A stretch of DNA of 64,000 nucleotides from Octopus sinensis. Its lineage: Eukaryota. The notes under the pieces were generated by a model. The model saw nothing but the letters and a program-made list of their open reading frames with translations, was not told where the DNA came from and searched no databases. Location: NCBI RefSeq assembly GCF_006345805.1, contig NC_043014.1:25110001-25174000 (forward strand). The letters are read 5' to 3'. A program made the translations under genes and the position numbers. Shown in pieces: positions 1 through 10,960 of this stretch; the stretch's first letter is position 1, and every line of letters starts with the position of its first letter.

Positions 1-148
1 AAAAACAAAACAGCGAAAGGACGTGGTATAGGCAAAGTATTAGCAGATGCTCAGACAAGGAAAGAGAAGTAGTTTTACGATTAAAGCAAAGCTTTTTGTC
101 ACAAACAGGAGACGGAAGAAAGACCAAGAGAAAACGAAGATGGAGGAC
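1..148 (-). mobile_element. Fragment resembling a Penelope-like element terminal repeat (pLTR), carrying a decayed hammerhead
   Basis: Minus strand resembles the pLTR-like repeats at 4425-4860 (actttctc...ctgagcatc...ctaatac), carries hammerhead-like stems at 72-106 and abuts (TA)n. Confidence 0.4.
72..106 (-). ncRNA. Degenerate minimal type-I hammerhead-like motif
   Basis: Minus strand GTTT-GTGACAA-AAAGC TTT GCTTT-AAT-CG-TA-AAAC. Stem I (GTTT/AAAC) and stem II (AAAGC/GCTTT) are perfect; the CUGANGA and GAAA boxes are mutated. Confidence 0.4.
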
Positions 149-158
149 TATATATATA

Positions 159-232
<74 letters not shown>
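149..232. repeat. (TA)n microsatellite
   Basis: Direct reading. Confidence 0.95.
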
Positions 233-233
<1 letters not shown>

Positions 234-237
234 CACA

Positions 238-1930
238 CCTCTATTTAGCTTTCATGGACTTGGAGAAAGCCTTTGACAGGGTCTCCCGATCCCTTATCTG
301 GTGGGCAATGCAGAAACTGGAGATTGATGAATGGTTAATAAGGGCAGTACAGGCAGTACAGAGAGGCTGTTAGTAAGGTTAGGATTGGCAATGAGTATAG
401 TGAAGAATTCTCGGTAGAAGTAATGGTCCACTAAGGTTCAGCCCTCAGTCCCCTTTTATTCATCATAGTCCTCCAGGCAATAACAGAGAAATTCAAGACG
501 GGTTGCCCCTAGGAGCTCCTCTATGCTGATGATCTGGACCTCAGCAGAATCACTACTGGAACTAGAAAAGAAATTTCGGGTGTGGAATCTAGGTTTAGAA
601 TCAAAAGGCCTTAGAGTCAATCTAGCAAAGACCAAATTTATAGTAAGTATGAAGGTGAACTCAGGTAGGTGGCCCTGCTTGATCTGTAGAAAAAGGGTAG
701 GTAAAAACTCCATAAGATGTACCCAGTGTAAGCTATGGACACATAAGAGGTGCAGCAACATCATGTGCGGCAGATGCACAGGGGCAATAGACACCACAGA
801 TACTCAGAAAACAGGGGTAGAAACTAGAAGTAGTTGATAGTTTCTGCTACCAATGTGACCAAGTTAGTGGGGGGTGTTGGATGCTCAGAGAGTGTTACCA
901 CTAGAATACGAATAGCCTGAGCAAAATTTAGAAAGCTTCTACCCCTACTGATGACAAAGGGTATCTCGTTCAGAGTGAAAGGTAGATTGTACGGCGCATG
1001 TGTGCGAACTGACATGCTCCACGGTATTGAAACATGGGCTGTGACTGCAGAGAACATACGTAGGCTTGAAAGAAATTAAGCTAGCATGATCCGCTGGATG
1101 TGTAATGTCAGTGTGCACACACGACAGAGTCTGAGCGCCGTGAGAGAAATGCTGGACATAAGAAGCATCGGATTTGACCTGCAAGAGAGACGTTTGCGCT
1201 GGTATGGTCATATACTATGGATGGATAAGGAGAGCTGTGTGAAGAAGTGACACTTCCAAACAGTTGAAGGGATCTGGGGTAGAGGCAGACCCAGGAAGAC
1301 ATGGGATGAGGTGGTCAAGCATGACCATCGAATGTTGGGGCTCACAGAGGCAATGACGAAAGACCGAGATCTCTGGAGATATGCTATGACTGCAAAGACC
1401 AGACAAATAATGTGATTTCATGGCTGCCTCCTGCACCAGTTTTGCATAGCCCCAGCCCATCCAAAGTACCTTGGATTGCAGGATGAACTGCTGTGCTTAC
1501 CTTGGATCGTAGGGTGACCTGCTGTGCTTGAGGAGACCTATGGAGTCAAGTACATCAACATCAAAATAAAAATCAAATGGAAATTGTAGTTGTGATACCT
1601 GTGCCGTTGGCACGTAAAAAGCACGATCTGAACGTGGCAGATGCCAGTGCCGCCTTGACTGGCTTCCGTGCAGGTGGCACGTAAAAAGCACCAACCGATC
1701 ATGACCATTGCCAGCCTCCACTAGCACCTGTGCCGGTGGCACGTAAAAAGCACCCACCACACACACGGAGTGGTTGGCGTTAGGAAGGGCATCCAGCTTC
1801 CACAAAGTGTTTCTACAAACACTGCCAAATCAGACTGGAACCTGGTGCAGCCTCCTGGCTTCCCAGACCCCGGTCGAACCGTCCAACCCTTGCTACCATG
1901 GAAAATGGACGTTAAACGATGATGATGATA
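238..1930 (+). mobile_element. 5'-truncated, decayed RTE-clade LINE (RT C-terminal part, 3'UTR, (GAT)n tail)
   Basis: [44 protein letters not shown] and LRWYGH across frameshifts; ends ccatggaaaatggacgttaaacgatgatgatgat. Colinear with 18978-22995. Confidence 0.92.
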
Positions 1931-2012
1931 TATATATATATATGCATTATATATACATATATACATACATATATTTATATATACATATGTGTATACACAC
2001 ACACACACACGT

Positions 2013-2045
<33 letters not shown>

Positions 2046-2050
2046 ATAAC

Positions 2051-2303
2051 AAATTAATAAATAAAACATATGCATATATACATACATGTACGTACCTACA
2101 TCTACATGTATATATACATGCATATATGGGTATACAGGACACCAAAAAAACGTCGAACACAATGAGAAACGAAAACATAAACACAAAACCAAGGAAATGG
2201 ACATTTTTCTTAAACAACGATAAAATAGAGTTCAGGACATACAACATAAGGAAAATTCCCCTTCTTCAGTCGCCTCTGTTTCATCTACTCCGCGTTTAGA
2301 AGG
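2051..2303. repeat. Unclassified interspersed repeat, copy 1 of 3 (others 2877-3100, 42574-42816)
   Basis: Shared aaataaaacatatgcatatat...caggacaccaaaaa...gaaaattccccttcttcagtc; each copy abuts microsatellite or other repeat. Possibly PLE-derived. Confidence 0.7.
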
Positions 2304-2559
2304 TAAAGGCGAGACACGACTTCGTTAACATATTCCTTCCCGCAAAGGATAAATTAAATAAAATTTGAGACGTTTTTGCGAAGGGGTAAAAATGGTAACA
2401 AAAACAGGACAGTAAAGACAGTACAAAATATTAACAGTAAAAGACAAGACAAGGAGAATAACAGTAACACAGACATTGAGGGCTGTTAAGCCAAATGAGA
2501 GAAAATATTACGAACGCTTTTTGAGAACGGCGATGGCAAGCCGTCTACACTCGAAGGAA

Positions 2560-2800
2560 GCGAGGTCAGAAAGACAGTAGTTTCTCATTGCTGGTCAGCG
2601 GCGGGACAGAGGAGAAGGAGTAAGAGAAAGGGAGAGAAAAAAAAGGGAATGGTTGTAGAGAAAGGGAGAGAAAAAAGGGAATGGTTGTAGAGAAAACCAG
2701 AAAGAATGAGAGAGAGAGAGAGGGGGGAGAGACAGTAAGGTATAAGAAAAGGAAACCAGAAAGAATGAAAGCTGAGAAAGGGAGGGGGACAGAAAGGTTA
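2560..2800. repeat. GA-rich low-complexity tract with a short tandem duplication
   Basis: gagaaaaaaagggaatggttgta is repeated; purine-rich + strand. Confidence 0.8.
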
Positions 2801-2876
2801 AGAGTGCGCATCATTATTAATATTAAGAACAAACTTACTTAGAAATGGATGCGTGTGTTCCGTCATATAATAATAA

Positions 2877-3100
2877 ATTAATAAATAAAACATGCATATA
2901 TACATACATATATGTATGTACCTACATCTACATGTATATATACATGCATGGGTACAGGACACCCCAAAAAAAACGCTGAACACAATGAGAAACGAAAACA
3001 TAAACACAAAACCAAGGAAATGGACATTTTTCTTAAACAACAAAAAAATAGAGTACAGGACACACAATACAAGGAAAATTCCCCTTCTTCAGTCACCTCT
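2877..3100. repeat. Unclassified interspersed repeat, copy 2
   Basis: Colinear with 2051-2303. Confidence 0.7.
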
Positions 3101-3116
3101 GTTTATATATATACAT

Positions 3117-3233
3117 GGCCTGCTCACTTAGCCATCGGGGTGGCGTCATTTGAAGGCTAAAACAATGCGAAGCGCTTTGTGACCAGCGATGTGTTGCAAC
3201 ATTTGATATGATAGCCTGGTTGCTCACGGTGAT
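3117..3233 (+). mobile_element. 3' part of a tRNA-derived SINE
   Basis: Reverse-complement match to 3290-3410 (gctcacttagcc..gtggcgtcatttgaaggctaaaacaatgcgaagcgc..tcacggtgat). Confidence 0.85.
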
Positions 3234-3289
3234 ATATATATATATATATTTACATATATAAATATATATATATACATATATATGTATAT

Positions 3290-3584
3290 TTCACCATGAT
3301 CACCGTGACCGACCAGGCTATCAGATGTTGCTACACATCACTGGTCACAATGCGCTTCACATTGTTTTAGCCTTCAAATGATGCCACCCTGCTGGCTAAG
3401 CGAGCAGACCAACAGAAGAAAGAGTGAGAGAAAGTTGTGGCGAAAGAGTACAGCAGGGATCGCCACCATCCCCTGACAGAGCCCCGTGGAGCTTTAGGTG
3501 TTTTCGTTCAATAAACACTCACAACGCCAGGTCTGGGAATCGAAACCGAGTCCACTGCCCTAACCACTGGGCCATTGCGCCTCC
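3290..3584 (-). mobile_element. Near full-length tRNA-derived SINE
   Basis: Minus strand starts GGAGGCGCAATGGCCCAGTGGTTAGG (A box) ... GGTTTCGATTCCC (B box); the tail ends in (TA)n. Confidence 0.85.
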
Positions 3585-3859
3585 ATATATATATATAATA
3601 TATATATATATATATTATATGTGTGGTGTGTGTGTGTGTGGGTGTGTGTGTGTGTGTGTGTGTTTGTGTGTGTATGTGTATATATATATATATATATATA
3701 TGTACATATATACATATACATCTATAAATATACATCTATATATATACATATATATGTACACATATATATACACATATATACATACATATATATATATACA
3801 TATATAGATACAGATATAAATAAATATATATGTATATATATATGTGGTGTGTGTGTGTG

Positions 3860-3905
<46 letters not shown>

Positions 3906-4220
3906 TATATACATATACACCTATAAATATACATCTATATATATGTACACATATACATACACATATATACATGCATATATATATATAGATACTCTTTCGC
4001 TGTACTCTTTCGCCATAAATATATATATATATACATACAAATATATACATACAAATATATACATATATATATACACATATATATACATATAAATATATAT
4101 ACATCTATACATATCTATCAATCATTCTATCTATCTATCTATCTATCTATATGTATATATATTTATATACACACACATACATACATATATTTAGATAGAT
4201 ATACATATATATGTACACAC

Positions 4221-4263
<43 letters not shown>

Positions 4264-4289
4264 CATGTCTATATCTATGTATATATATA

Positions 4290-4320
<31 letters not shown>

Positions 4321-4410
4321 ATATTATTTATACATGTATATGTATACATGTATATGTATACATGTATATGTATACATGTATGTACATAATATATACACAT
4401 ATATACATGA
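3585..4410. repeat. Compound (TA)/(TG)/(CA)/(CTAT) microsatellite
   Basis: Direct reading; contains a foreign 26-nt insert at 3990-4015. Confidence 0.95.
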
Positions 4411-4424
4411 TTGACTGCTAAATC

Positions 4425-4587
4425 CACAAGTTTTTTCTTTCTCTTTGTTTATTTCCTCATGTTCCTTTCTGTTGAAGAGCATAAGCTTGAAACATAAAAG
4501 ACTTTCTCACGTTCCTGAGCATCAAACATACGCGTGCTTGTTGTTTTAATACACCTGTCTTCGTCTTTTGTTTTTCTGTCAATTTCA

Positions 4588-4590
<3 letters not shown>
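4425..4590 (+). mobile_element. PLE pLTR-like solo repeat carrying a hammerhead motif
   Basis: Homologous to 4651-4860 (inverted) and 29130-29278; hammerhead-like motif at 4465-4500. Confidence 0.65.
4465..4500 (+). ncRNA. Minimal type-I hammerhead-like variant (CUGUUGAA core)
   Basis: CTTT-CTGTTGAA-GAGC ATAA GCTT-GAAA-CA-TA-AAAG. Stem I CTTT/AAAG, 4-bp stem II (one G-U), UH = UA. Confidence 0.55.
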
Positions 4591-4650
<60 letters not shown>

Positions 4651-4651
<1 letters not shown>

Positions 4652-4860
4652 CGGGAAGCTTTATGAAAATAAACAAAAGACGAAGGCAGGTGGAAAACAA
4701 ACGAACAATTGTATTAGTATGGCGCTCAGGAAATATAATAAAACAAGTCTTTAACGTTTCGAGCCTACGCTCTTCAACAGAAAGATACACAGAGAGAGAA
4801 AAACACAGAAAGAAGGAGAGAAAAAAAATGCGTGCAGTAGCTAACGAATCAACATGACGA
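4651..4860 (-). mobile_element. PLE pLTR-like solo repeat, inverted relative to 4425-4590
   Basis: Reverse-complement homology; the two copies face tail-to-tail across (TA)n at 4591-4650. Confidence 0.65.
4749..4784 (-). ncRNA. Minimal type-I hammerhead-like variant, best-preserved copy
   Basis: Minus strand CTTT-CTGTTGAA-GAGC GTAG GCTC-GAAA-CG-TT-AAAG. Perfect stems I and II; palindromic AACGTT stem III. Confidence 0.65.
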
Positions 4861-5134
4861 TCTGATTTCGGCCAGAGGTCAAAGATCAAACATGAGACGC
4901 GAGAGCGAAATAAGGGGAGATAATAGGGTTGATAAAGGGGTTGAGGGACCAGCTAAAAGTGCGTGGGAGGGGTCTGGATGTGTGTATGTATAGGGTTGGT
5001 GTATGTATTAGTATGTATAAGGGTGTGTGTGTGTGTGTGTGTGTGTGTATGAGAGAGTATTAGTGCGTAAGATTGGTCTGGACATGCGTATGTATGGACA
5101 TGCGTATATATATATACATACTTGTATATGTATA

Positions 5135-5341
5135 TCATCATAATCTCATCAACATCATCCTCATCGTTTAACATCGGTTTTCCATGCTAGCATGGGTTGG
5201 ACGGTTTGACTGGGGTCCGATCTGGCAGTGTTTAGACTGGTGTCTGGAGCAGCCTCCTGGCTTCCCAGACCACAGTCGAACCGTCCAACCCATGCTAGCA
5301 TGGAAAACGGACGTTAGACTATAATGATGATGTTGATGATG

Positions 5342-5346
<5 letters not shown>
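5135..5346. mobile_element. Two short RTE 3' tails fused head-to-head (inverted repeat)
   Basis: Left arm (minus) catc..ttccatgctagcatgggttggacggtttgactggggtc; right arm (plus) gaccacagtcgaaccgtccaacccatgctagcatggaaaacggacgtt..gatgatg. Confidence 0.85.
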
Positions 5347-5395
<49 letters not shown>

Positions 5396-5396
<1 letters not shown>

Positions 5397-6461
5397 TAGA
5401 TGAAGGTGACCCGCTCTACGCGCGGGTAAGAGTGTGGTTGTTACTTTCTGTTGCTTCCTTTCAGCACGTAAAAAGCACCATCCGAACGTGGCCGATTGCA
5501 GCGCCGCCTTGACTGGCTTCTGTGCTGGTGGCACGTAAAAAGCACCAACCGATCGTGGCCGCTGCCAGCCACCCTGGCACCTGTGCAGGCGGCACGAAAA
5601 AAGCACCCACTACGCTCACAGAGTGGTTGGCGTTAGGAAGGGCATCCACCTGTCGAAACACTGCCAGATCAGACTGGAGCCTGGTGCAGCCTTCTGGCTT
5701 CCCAGACCCCTGTCAAACTGTCCAACCCGTGCTAGCACGGAAAACGGACGTTAAACGATGATGATGATGATGATGATTCTCCCTCTTTGTTTCTTTCTCC
5801 TTTCTCTCTCACTTTCCCACTCTCTTACTCTTCCTTTCTCTCGGACTCTCCGTCGCTTTCTCTTACTCTCTATCTTTATGTATCTCTCTCCCATTTATAA
5901 ACAACAAAAGATCTTGAGTAAGTTGAGAAATAAAATATTTAGAAAGATCAATCATAAATATCAGGCAGTTACAAAGGAAAGGTCTGCTTCAAGACAGACA
6001 GCAAAACACTAACATTTAAAAGGGACAGACGAACTTGCGAGCTGAAAAAATAATAATAAAATATTGGAAACCAAAGTTTGAAGGGATAGAATTTGAGGAT
6101 AGTAGAGTCACCATGGCTGGCATTTCTTAACGACGGACAGCAACGTATTGACAGTTCAACGGCTGGCGTAAAATTTAGAACTTGATGTAAAAGAAAATCC
6201 CTAAAAACCAAGTTTTGAATTGATTCTTTCTCACGACAGTAGACTCACGATGGCAAGCATTCAAAACTTCTTCACCGTGGACGGCAACACATTGACGATT
6301 AAAAGGCTGGAGCAAATTTTTTAGCTTGATGTAACAGAGAATTGCTAAACACCCGCTCCTTTAAATTTTAATCCCCTTCCAGCCCCATTTATACCCCTTT
6401 TCACCTTTTGGTTAATATAACCCGATTTCATTTGGGTCTACTGGGGCCACATTTTATAAGA
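5396..6461 (-). mobile_element. Non-autonomous Helitron
   Basis: Minus strand A|TCTTATAAAATG ... CCCGC-GCGTAGA-GCGGG hairpin ... CTAG|T. Homologous to 33932-34695. Confidence 0.8.
5461..5775 (+). mobile_element. Solo RTE 3'UTR/tail inserted in the Helitron
   Basis: gcacgtaaaaagcacc modules, gttggcgttaggaagggcatcc, (GAT)n tail; absent from the Helitron copy at 33932. Confidence 0.85.
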
Positions 6462-6467
6462 TGAGGA

Positions 6468-6620
6468 CTCAACCAAGTTTCCCAAGTTCTGGTCATAGAC
6501 CATAGAACACTCAACCAAGTTTCCCGATTTCTGGTCATAGACCATAGAACAGTCAAGCAAGTTTCCCGAGTTCTGGTCATAGACCATAGACACTCAACCA
6601 AGTTTCCCGAGTTCTGGTCA
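6468..6620 (+). repeat. 42-bp tandem repeat, about 3.7 units
   Basis: Unit actcaaccaagtttcccgagttctggtcatagaccatagaac. Confidence 0.9.
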
Positions 6621-6799
6621 TTTGCAGAATAAATAGAGACGGCGGAGGTGGCAGACGTCGTTGCAATGTAAACATGATTTGTTATAAGAGAAAGATTGTC
6701 CAGATTGTGTGTTGGTGGTGGCGATGATAATTATCATTAGGAAAAAGAGTGAGTGAGTGAGGAAGACATACATAAGTTGTGGCGATGATAATTGTAGAC

Positions 6800-7427
6800 C
6801 CCTTTTCACATTTTGATGAAGAGAACCCGATTTCATTCGGGTGTACTGGGGTCACATATAGGTGTGTGTGTGTGTGCACGCTGTAGAAATTAAATTAGAG
6901 ATAAAACCACTAATAGGGAAATGAAACAGTAAAACACCAAAAACAAAAACATAAAAATAAAAATATAATATTAGATATATGTATATATGTGTGTGTGTGT
7001 GTGTGTGTTGACAGGTAGACAATAGAATGCGATGGCAATGGGGATGGCGATGTAATATTTGTTACTGTCTATGAACGCTGATAGATACATGAGTAAAATG
7101 TATAGGAAGGTAAGAGATAGAGTGAGTGAAAATGTTCTTGGAAGAGAGTAAAGAGCGACAGAGTGATTTGAGGAAGACTTTACATTAAATAACGGTAGTT
7201 GCATTGTCAAATGAAGAGGAGTGACAGAGTACTGGAGGAAATAGGGTGAGGTAGGAAGATGGCCCCTAGCAACCACACCTTTTAAGATAGGGATTTGTAA
7301 GGTAGCCCACGCGCATCGTCACCTCATTCTACATGTCCGTGTAAATTTTGGATCGAATCGGACGGGATGTAGTGGCATTGAAAGCGAACCAAGCGGTAAA
7401 AACGCATTTCAGTTTTATATATAGAGA
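6800..7427 (-). mobile_element. Helitron-like 5' segment(s)
   Basis: 6820-6860 duplicates 6400-6450; 7330-7390 matches 34705-34760; terminus A|TCTCTATATATAAAACTG on minus. Confidence 0.55.
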
Positions 7428-7461
7428 TATACATGTATATAATACATATATATATATGTGT

Positions 7462-7510
<49 letters not shown>

Positions 7511-7837
7511 GTGTAGGCATCAGTTAGAGGGGTTTAATACCTCTAAAGTATAATTAAATCCAGAGTCACTCCTGGTTGTTACCTGGGTAGGTACAATCTT
7601 TTGTAAGGTTGTACTGTAGCAGGTGGTTCGGTTGGTAAACCGAGGTTTAGGTCATATAGGAGAAGAAAATGGATATAATAACATTGGGAAGCTTGTGGTT
7701 TTCGCTGGTATGTCTTTAATTAATTAGATAACAAAGAAGGAAGAAGCAGATCTCCTATATATATATATATATATATATATAGGTGTGTGTGTGTGTATTT
7801 CTTCTCCTATATATATACATATATATATGTATATATA

Positions 7838-8105
7838 CAGTGGCGGACTGGGTCTGAAAATATTGGTTGCCAGGAGACTAAGGAGACTAATTTGCAACTA
7901 TAATGCTTTCATTTAATTTTTGTTTGTTTGTTAAAAGCATTCTTTTCAACTGTCTACAAACACAGTGAGGCTGAGATAATTAATGCATTCTTCAAGGAGT
8001 GAATAAAAAATTTTCAAACTTGAAGGGATGGGCCCCTTAAATACTAACATGGGCCCCCATATATAGATTCTAATGGCGCAGAGGCCCACTTGCCATCGGG
8101 CAAGC
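7838..8105. mobile_element. Possible hAT-like MITE fragment
   Basis: Starts cagtggcggactggg in (TA)n with gggcccc boxes; no matching second TIR was found. Confidence 0.25.
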
Positions 8106-8109
8106 TGTA

Positions 8110-8560
8110 GCCTTCTGTCAATTCTATAGAGGTGGGTATCTTGTTTATGGATAATTGATCAATTTGCATAAGTATTTGAAGTGTCTTTCTGGCCCAGCTT
8201 TGCTGTTCTAAAACATCAATTTCCAGAATGTTAGTCTCTGCCAGTTCAAAGCAGATAGCAGATACTAGCCATTGTGTTTCTACTTCTTGTGGCACATTTT
8301 TTATTGTGACTTTCGTCACTCTGGCCTAAATATGTTAGTATCATCACCAACTCGTCCGTGTGGAGAGTTAATGTTGAAAACCGTTTGGCTAAATTTTCAT
8401 TGTGGAATCGCACTTGAACTGTGCCGAATTTATGTCACCAATTGATGTATTCTTTGTGTGCCCACACAGGGCAAAGGCATTTTTCTATTTTTGATTGTGG
8501 TAGATTTTCCGGTCGTCTTGTCTTCATGTTGATAATTTTATATATGATTGTCCTTTTTTG
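8110..8560 (-). pseudogene. Remnant resembling ORF1 of a Tx1/L1-clade LINE
   Basis: Minus-strand translation across a frameshift: NLPQSKIEKCLCPVWAH..KFGTVQVRFHNENLAKRFSTLTLHT..LTYLG / VTKVTIKNVPQEVETQWLVSAI. The family assignment is inference. Confidence 0.4.
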
Positions 8561-8689
8561 TGTATTTTCTATGATATGTTTTGGAATATGGAGATGTAAA
8601 TTCTTTGCTAAGAAGCGCCTTTGTATTGTTTATTTCTTCTGCAGTGTTTTTTTGTTTGTTTTATCGCTTCCGCAAAACTTGTTTTATCC

Positions 8690-8900
8690 TTGGTGGTGGT
8701 TGTGGTGGTGGTGGTGGTGGTGGTGGTAGTAGTGTTGGTAGCAGAGATGTTAGTTGTAGTAGTGGTGTTAGTGTTGGCAGTACTGTCTTTGGTGGAGGTC
8801 ACGGTGGACAGCTATGTGATGGTTTCATTGTTGCTGTTGTTGTTGCTGGTGGTGGTGGTGGTGGTGGTGGTAGCAGTGGTAGTCTTGATGATAGTGGTGG
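8690..8900. repeat. (GGT)/(GTT)n trinucleotide low-complexity tract
   Basis: Direct reading. Confidence 0.9.
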
Positions 8901-8944
8901 GGACAGGATATTAACGATCGTGGTTGCAGTATCAATGACTTTGA

Positions 8945-10960
8945 CAGCGTCCCACTACTGAGTCGCAGTTGGACGGTATGGGCTTGCTTCTCCAGGTGCC
9001 GTGTAGCAAACCCACTGACTTTTCCGGGTTAATTTTCGCTCCCGTCACCGTTTCGTATTAGTGTCTCGCCTATCATCTGGATGTGCTTTTTGCTCAACAC
9101 TATGACGGTGACATCGTCCGCATATGCCGACACGCTCCTCCCGCAACCAACTTCCCGTGGGATGCCCCTCAGTGTCGCCAGCTTCCGCAGTAGCGGCTCA
9201 AGAGTCAATACATACAGAAGCGCCGACAGAGGACATCCCTGACGGACCGAACGCGTGATGTCAAACGGTTTCGACAGGTGACCATTCACCCGAATTACCG
9301 ATCGGATGCCGCTATACAAGGCAGCGATCCAACCGCGAAATACGGGACCGAAGCCAGCCGCCCTGAGGACGGCCGCCAAGTACCGATCGAAAGCTTTAGA
9401 CTGATCCAAATTGATCAGCGCCCCACTCATGCCAGGATCCTTAACTACCCTGTCCACGATGTAGCGCATCAGATGGAGGTTGTCATGTATGGTTCTCCTT
9501 TGTTTGGGTCTTTCTTCAGCAACGTCACTGCACCTCGGCTCACGAAACGGGGGATTCTCCCGTTTTGTTGCCAGCTGCAGTAGACGGATGCCAAGAGGTC
9601 GCCAAACAAGTCTGGCATTTGACAATACAGCTCGTAGGGTAGACCATCCAAACCAGGTGACTTATCCCTCGCGCAGCTCGCCATCGCATCCCGTACGTCG
9701 GCAGCTGTGATGGGACTCTCACAACACTCTTCTTCTTTTACCGAGAGCCGCGGCAGGCCGGTCAGGTAGGCACTGAAATCCATCCTGCATTCCGACCCAC
9801 CACTCGCACCAAACAGTTGAGCAAAGTGCTGTTGAAAGGCCTCACACATCCTTTCGGGTTCGGGTAAACTGCATCCCTGTTGATCTATTAGAGACCGAAA
9901 GGTGGCTCTGTTGCCACGTTGCGCCTCCGCTACCCGGGCCTCTCACGCAGCTTCGATCCCTTCTTTCCTTAAGACACGCATTTTAGCTCTGACGACGCAA
10001 CCTTCGTGTTTGGCGTTGAGGTGTTGGTCAAGGGCCCTCCTCGCAGCCAGCACGTTGGTTGTGCTGCCAGTGGTAAGTGCCTCTTCTAGTTTCTTAACTA
10101 AGTCTCCCTCCACTCTATTTCGATCTATCGCTAATTCTTTGCTAAACCTGATTGATTCCGATTTTATGGCCATTTTCAGGGCAAACCACCAGCGGTTGTT
10201 AACGATGGCTCCCGCCAACGCCCTCTTAATTAACTCGCTAATCCGGTTCCCGTAAACCTGTCGCGCTAAGAGCGACGTGTTCAGTTTCCAGTGACCGGGA
10301 CCCTGTCTATGTGTCTTATCTAAGTCGAGCGTACACGTCACAAATTTGTGATCTCTGTAGCTGACTATTTTAAATTGTGGACATCCTACACTATCCCTAT
10401 CCTCTGTCCTGCATAGAATTCTATCTAGATAAGATCTCGACGATCCGACGCAGTTTGTCCAAGTCCACATTGGCACATTCGGATGGTCGAGTCGGAACCT
10501 GTCAGACAAATGGAAACGTCTGAGCAGGTCTTTGAGGCACTTACATCCCCTTCTATTCCTATCCATTTCCACATAGTTTAGATGCGTGTCCAAGGTAGCG
10601 TTCCAATCCCCTACTAACAGTAAAGGTCTAGACGTACCCAGGAAAACCTCTAGACGTCTGAAGAAATCCGCCCGACCCATAAACTGCCATCAGACGGAAT
10701 GCACATCCATTTCTGCCATCCACGTCCAAGACAACCAGCCTACCCTCCGGGTCTAGGAATGTTGATCTTACTTTTACATTTAGACTCTTTCGAAAATGCA
10801 CCGCGGTACCACCACCACCCATGTTTGGCAGACAGGGAGAAAAATAAATGTCGAATTGACAGCCAAACATGGACGCGAGGGCCCGCGGCTTACTGAGTCT
10901 GGTTTCACTGATAGCTACTATATCAACGTTGAGTGACTTGATGTCATTTAGAAGGTAACC
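8945..10960 (-). mobile_element. Tx1/L1-clade LINE copy C (APE and RT fragments, truncated at both ends)
   Basis: KQGYLLNDIKSLNVDIVAISETRL, LLVGDWNATLD, SYLDRI, GHWKLN, KSPGLDGLP, LDQSKAFD, RQGCPLS, AYADDV, GTWR. Confidence 0.92.

Noticed and set aside
2255-2303. CTGAAGAA-GGGG and CCTTC-(G)AAA-CG boxes on minus (also 42770-42816) as a hammerhead
   Set aside because: The boxes are in permuted order and I could not build stems I and III with a valid UH site.
3540-3584. tRNA gene calls at SINE heads (also 38009, 39100, 49567)
   Set aside because: A and B boxes only, followed by SINE body; no complete cloverleaf.
6468-6620. 42-bp repeat with a small GGTC-ATA-GACC hairpin as a CRISPR array
   Set aside because: Units are contiguous with no unique spacers, there are no cas genes, and the context is eukaryotic.
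8421-8961. Gly- or Val-rich ORFs
   Set aside because: Products of the (GGT)/(GTT)n tract.
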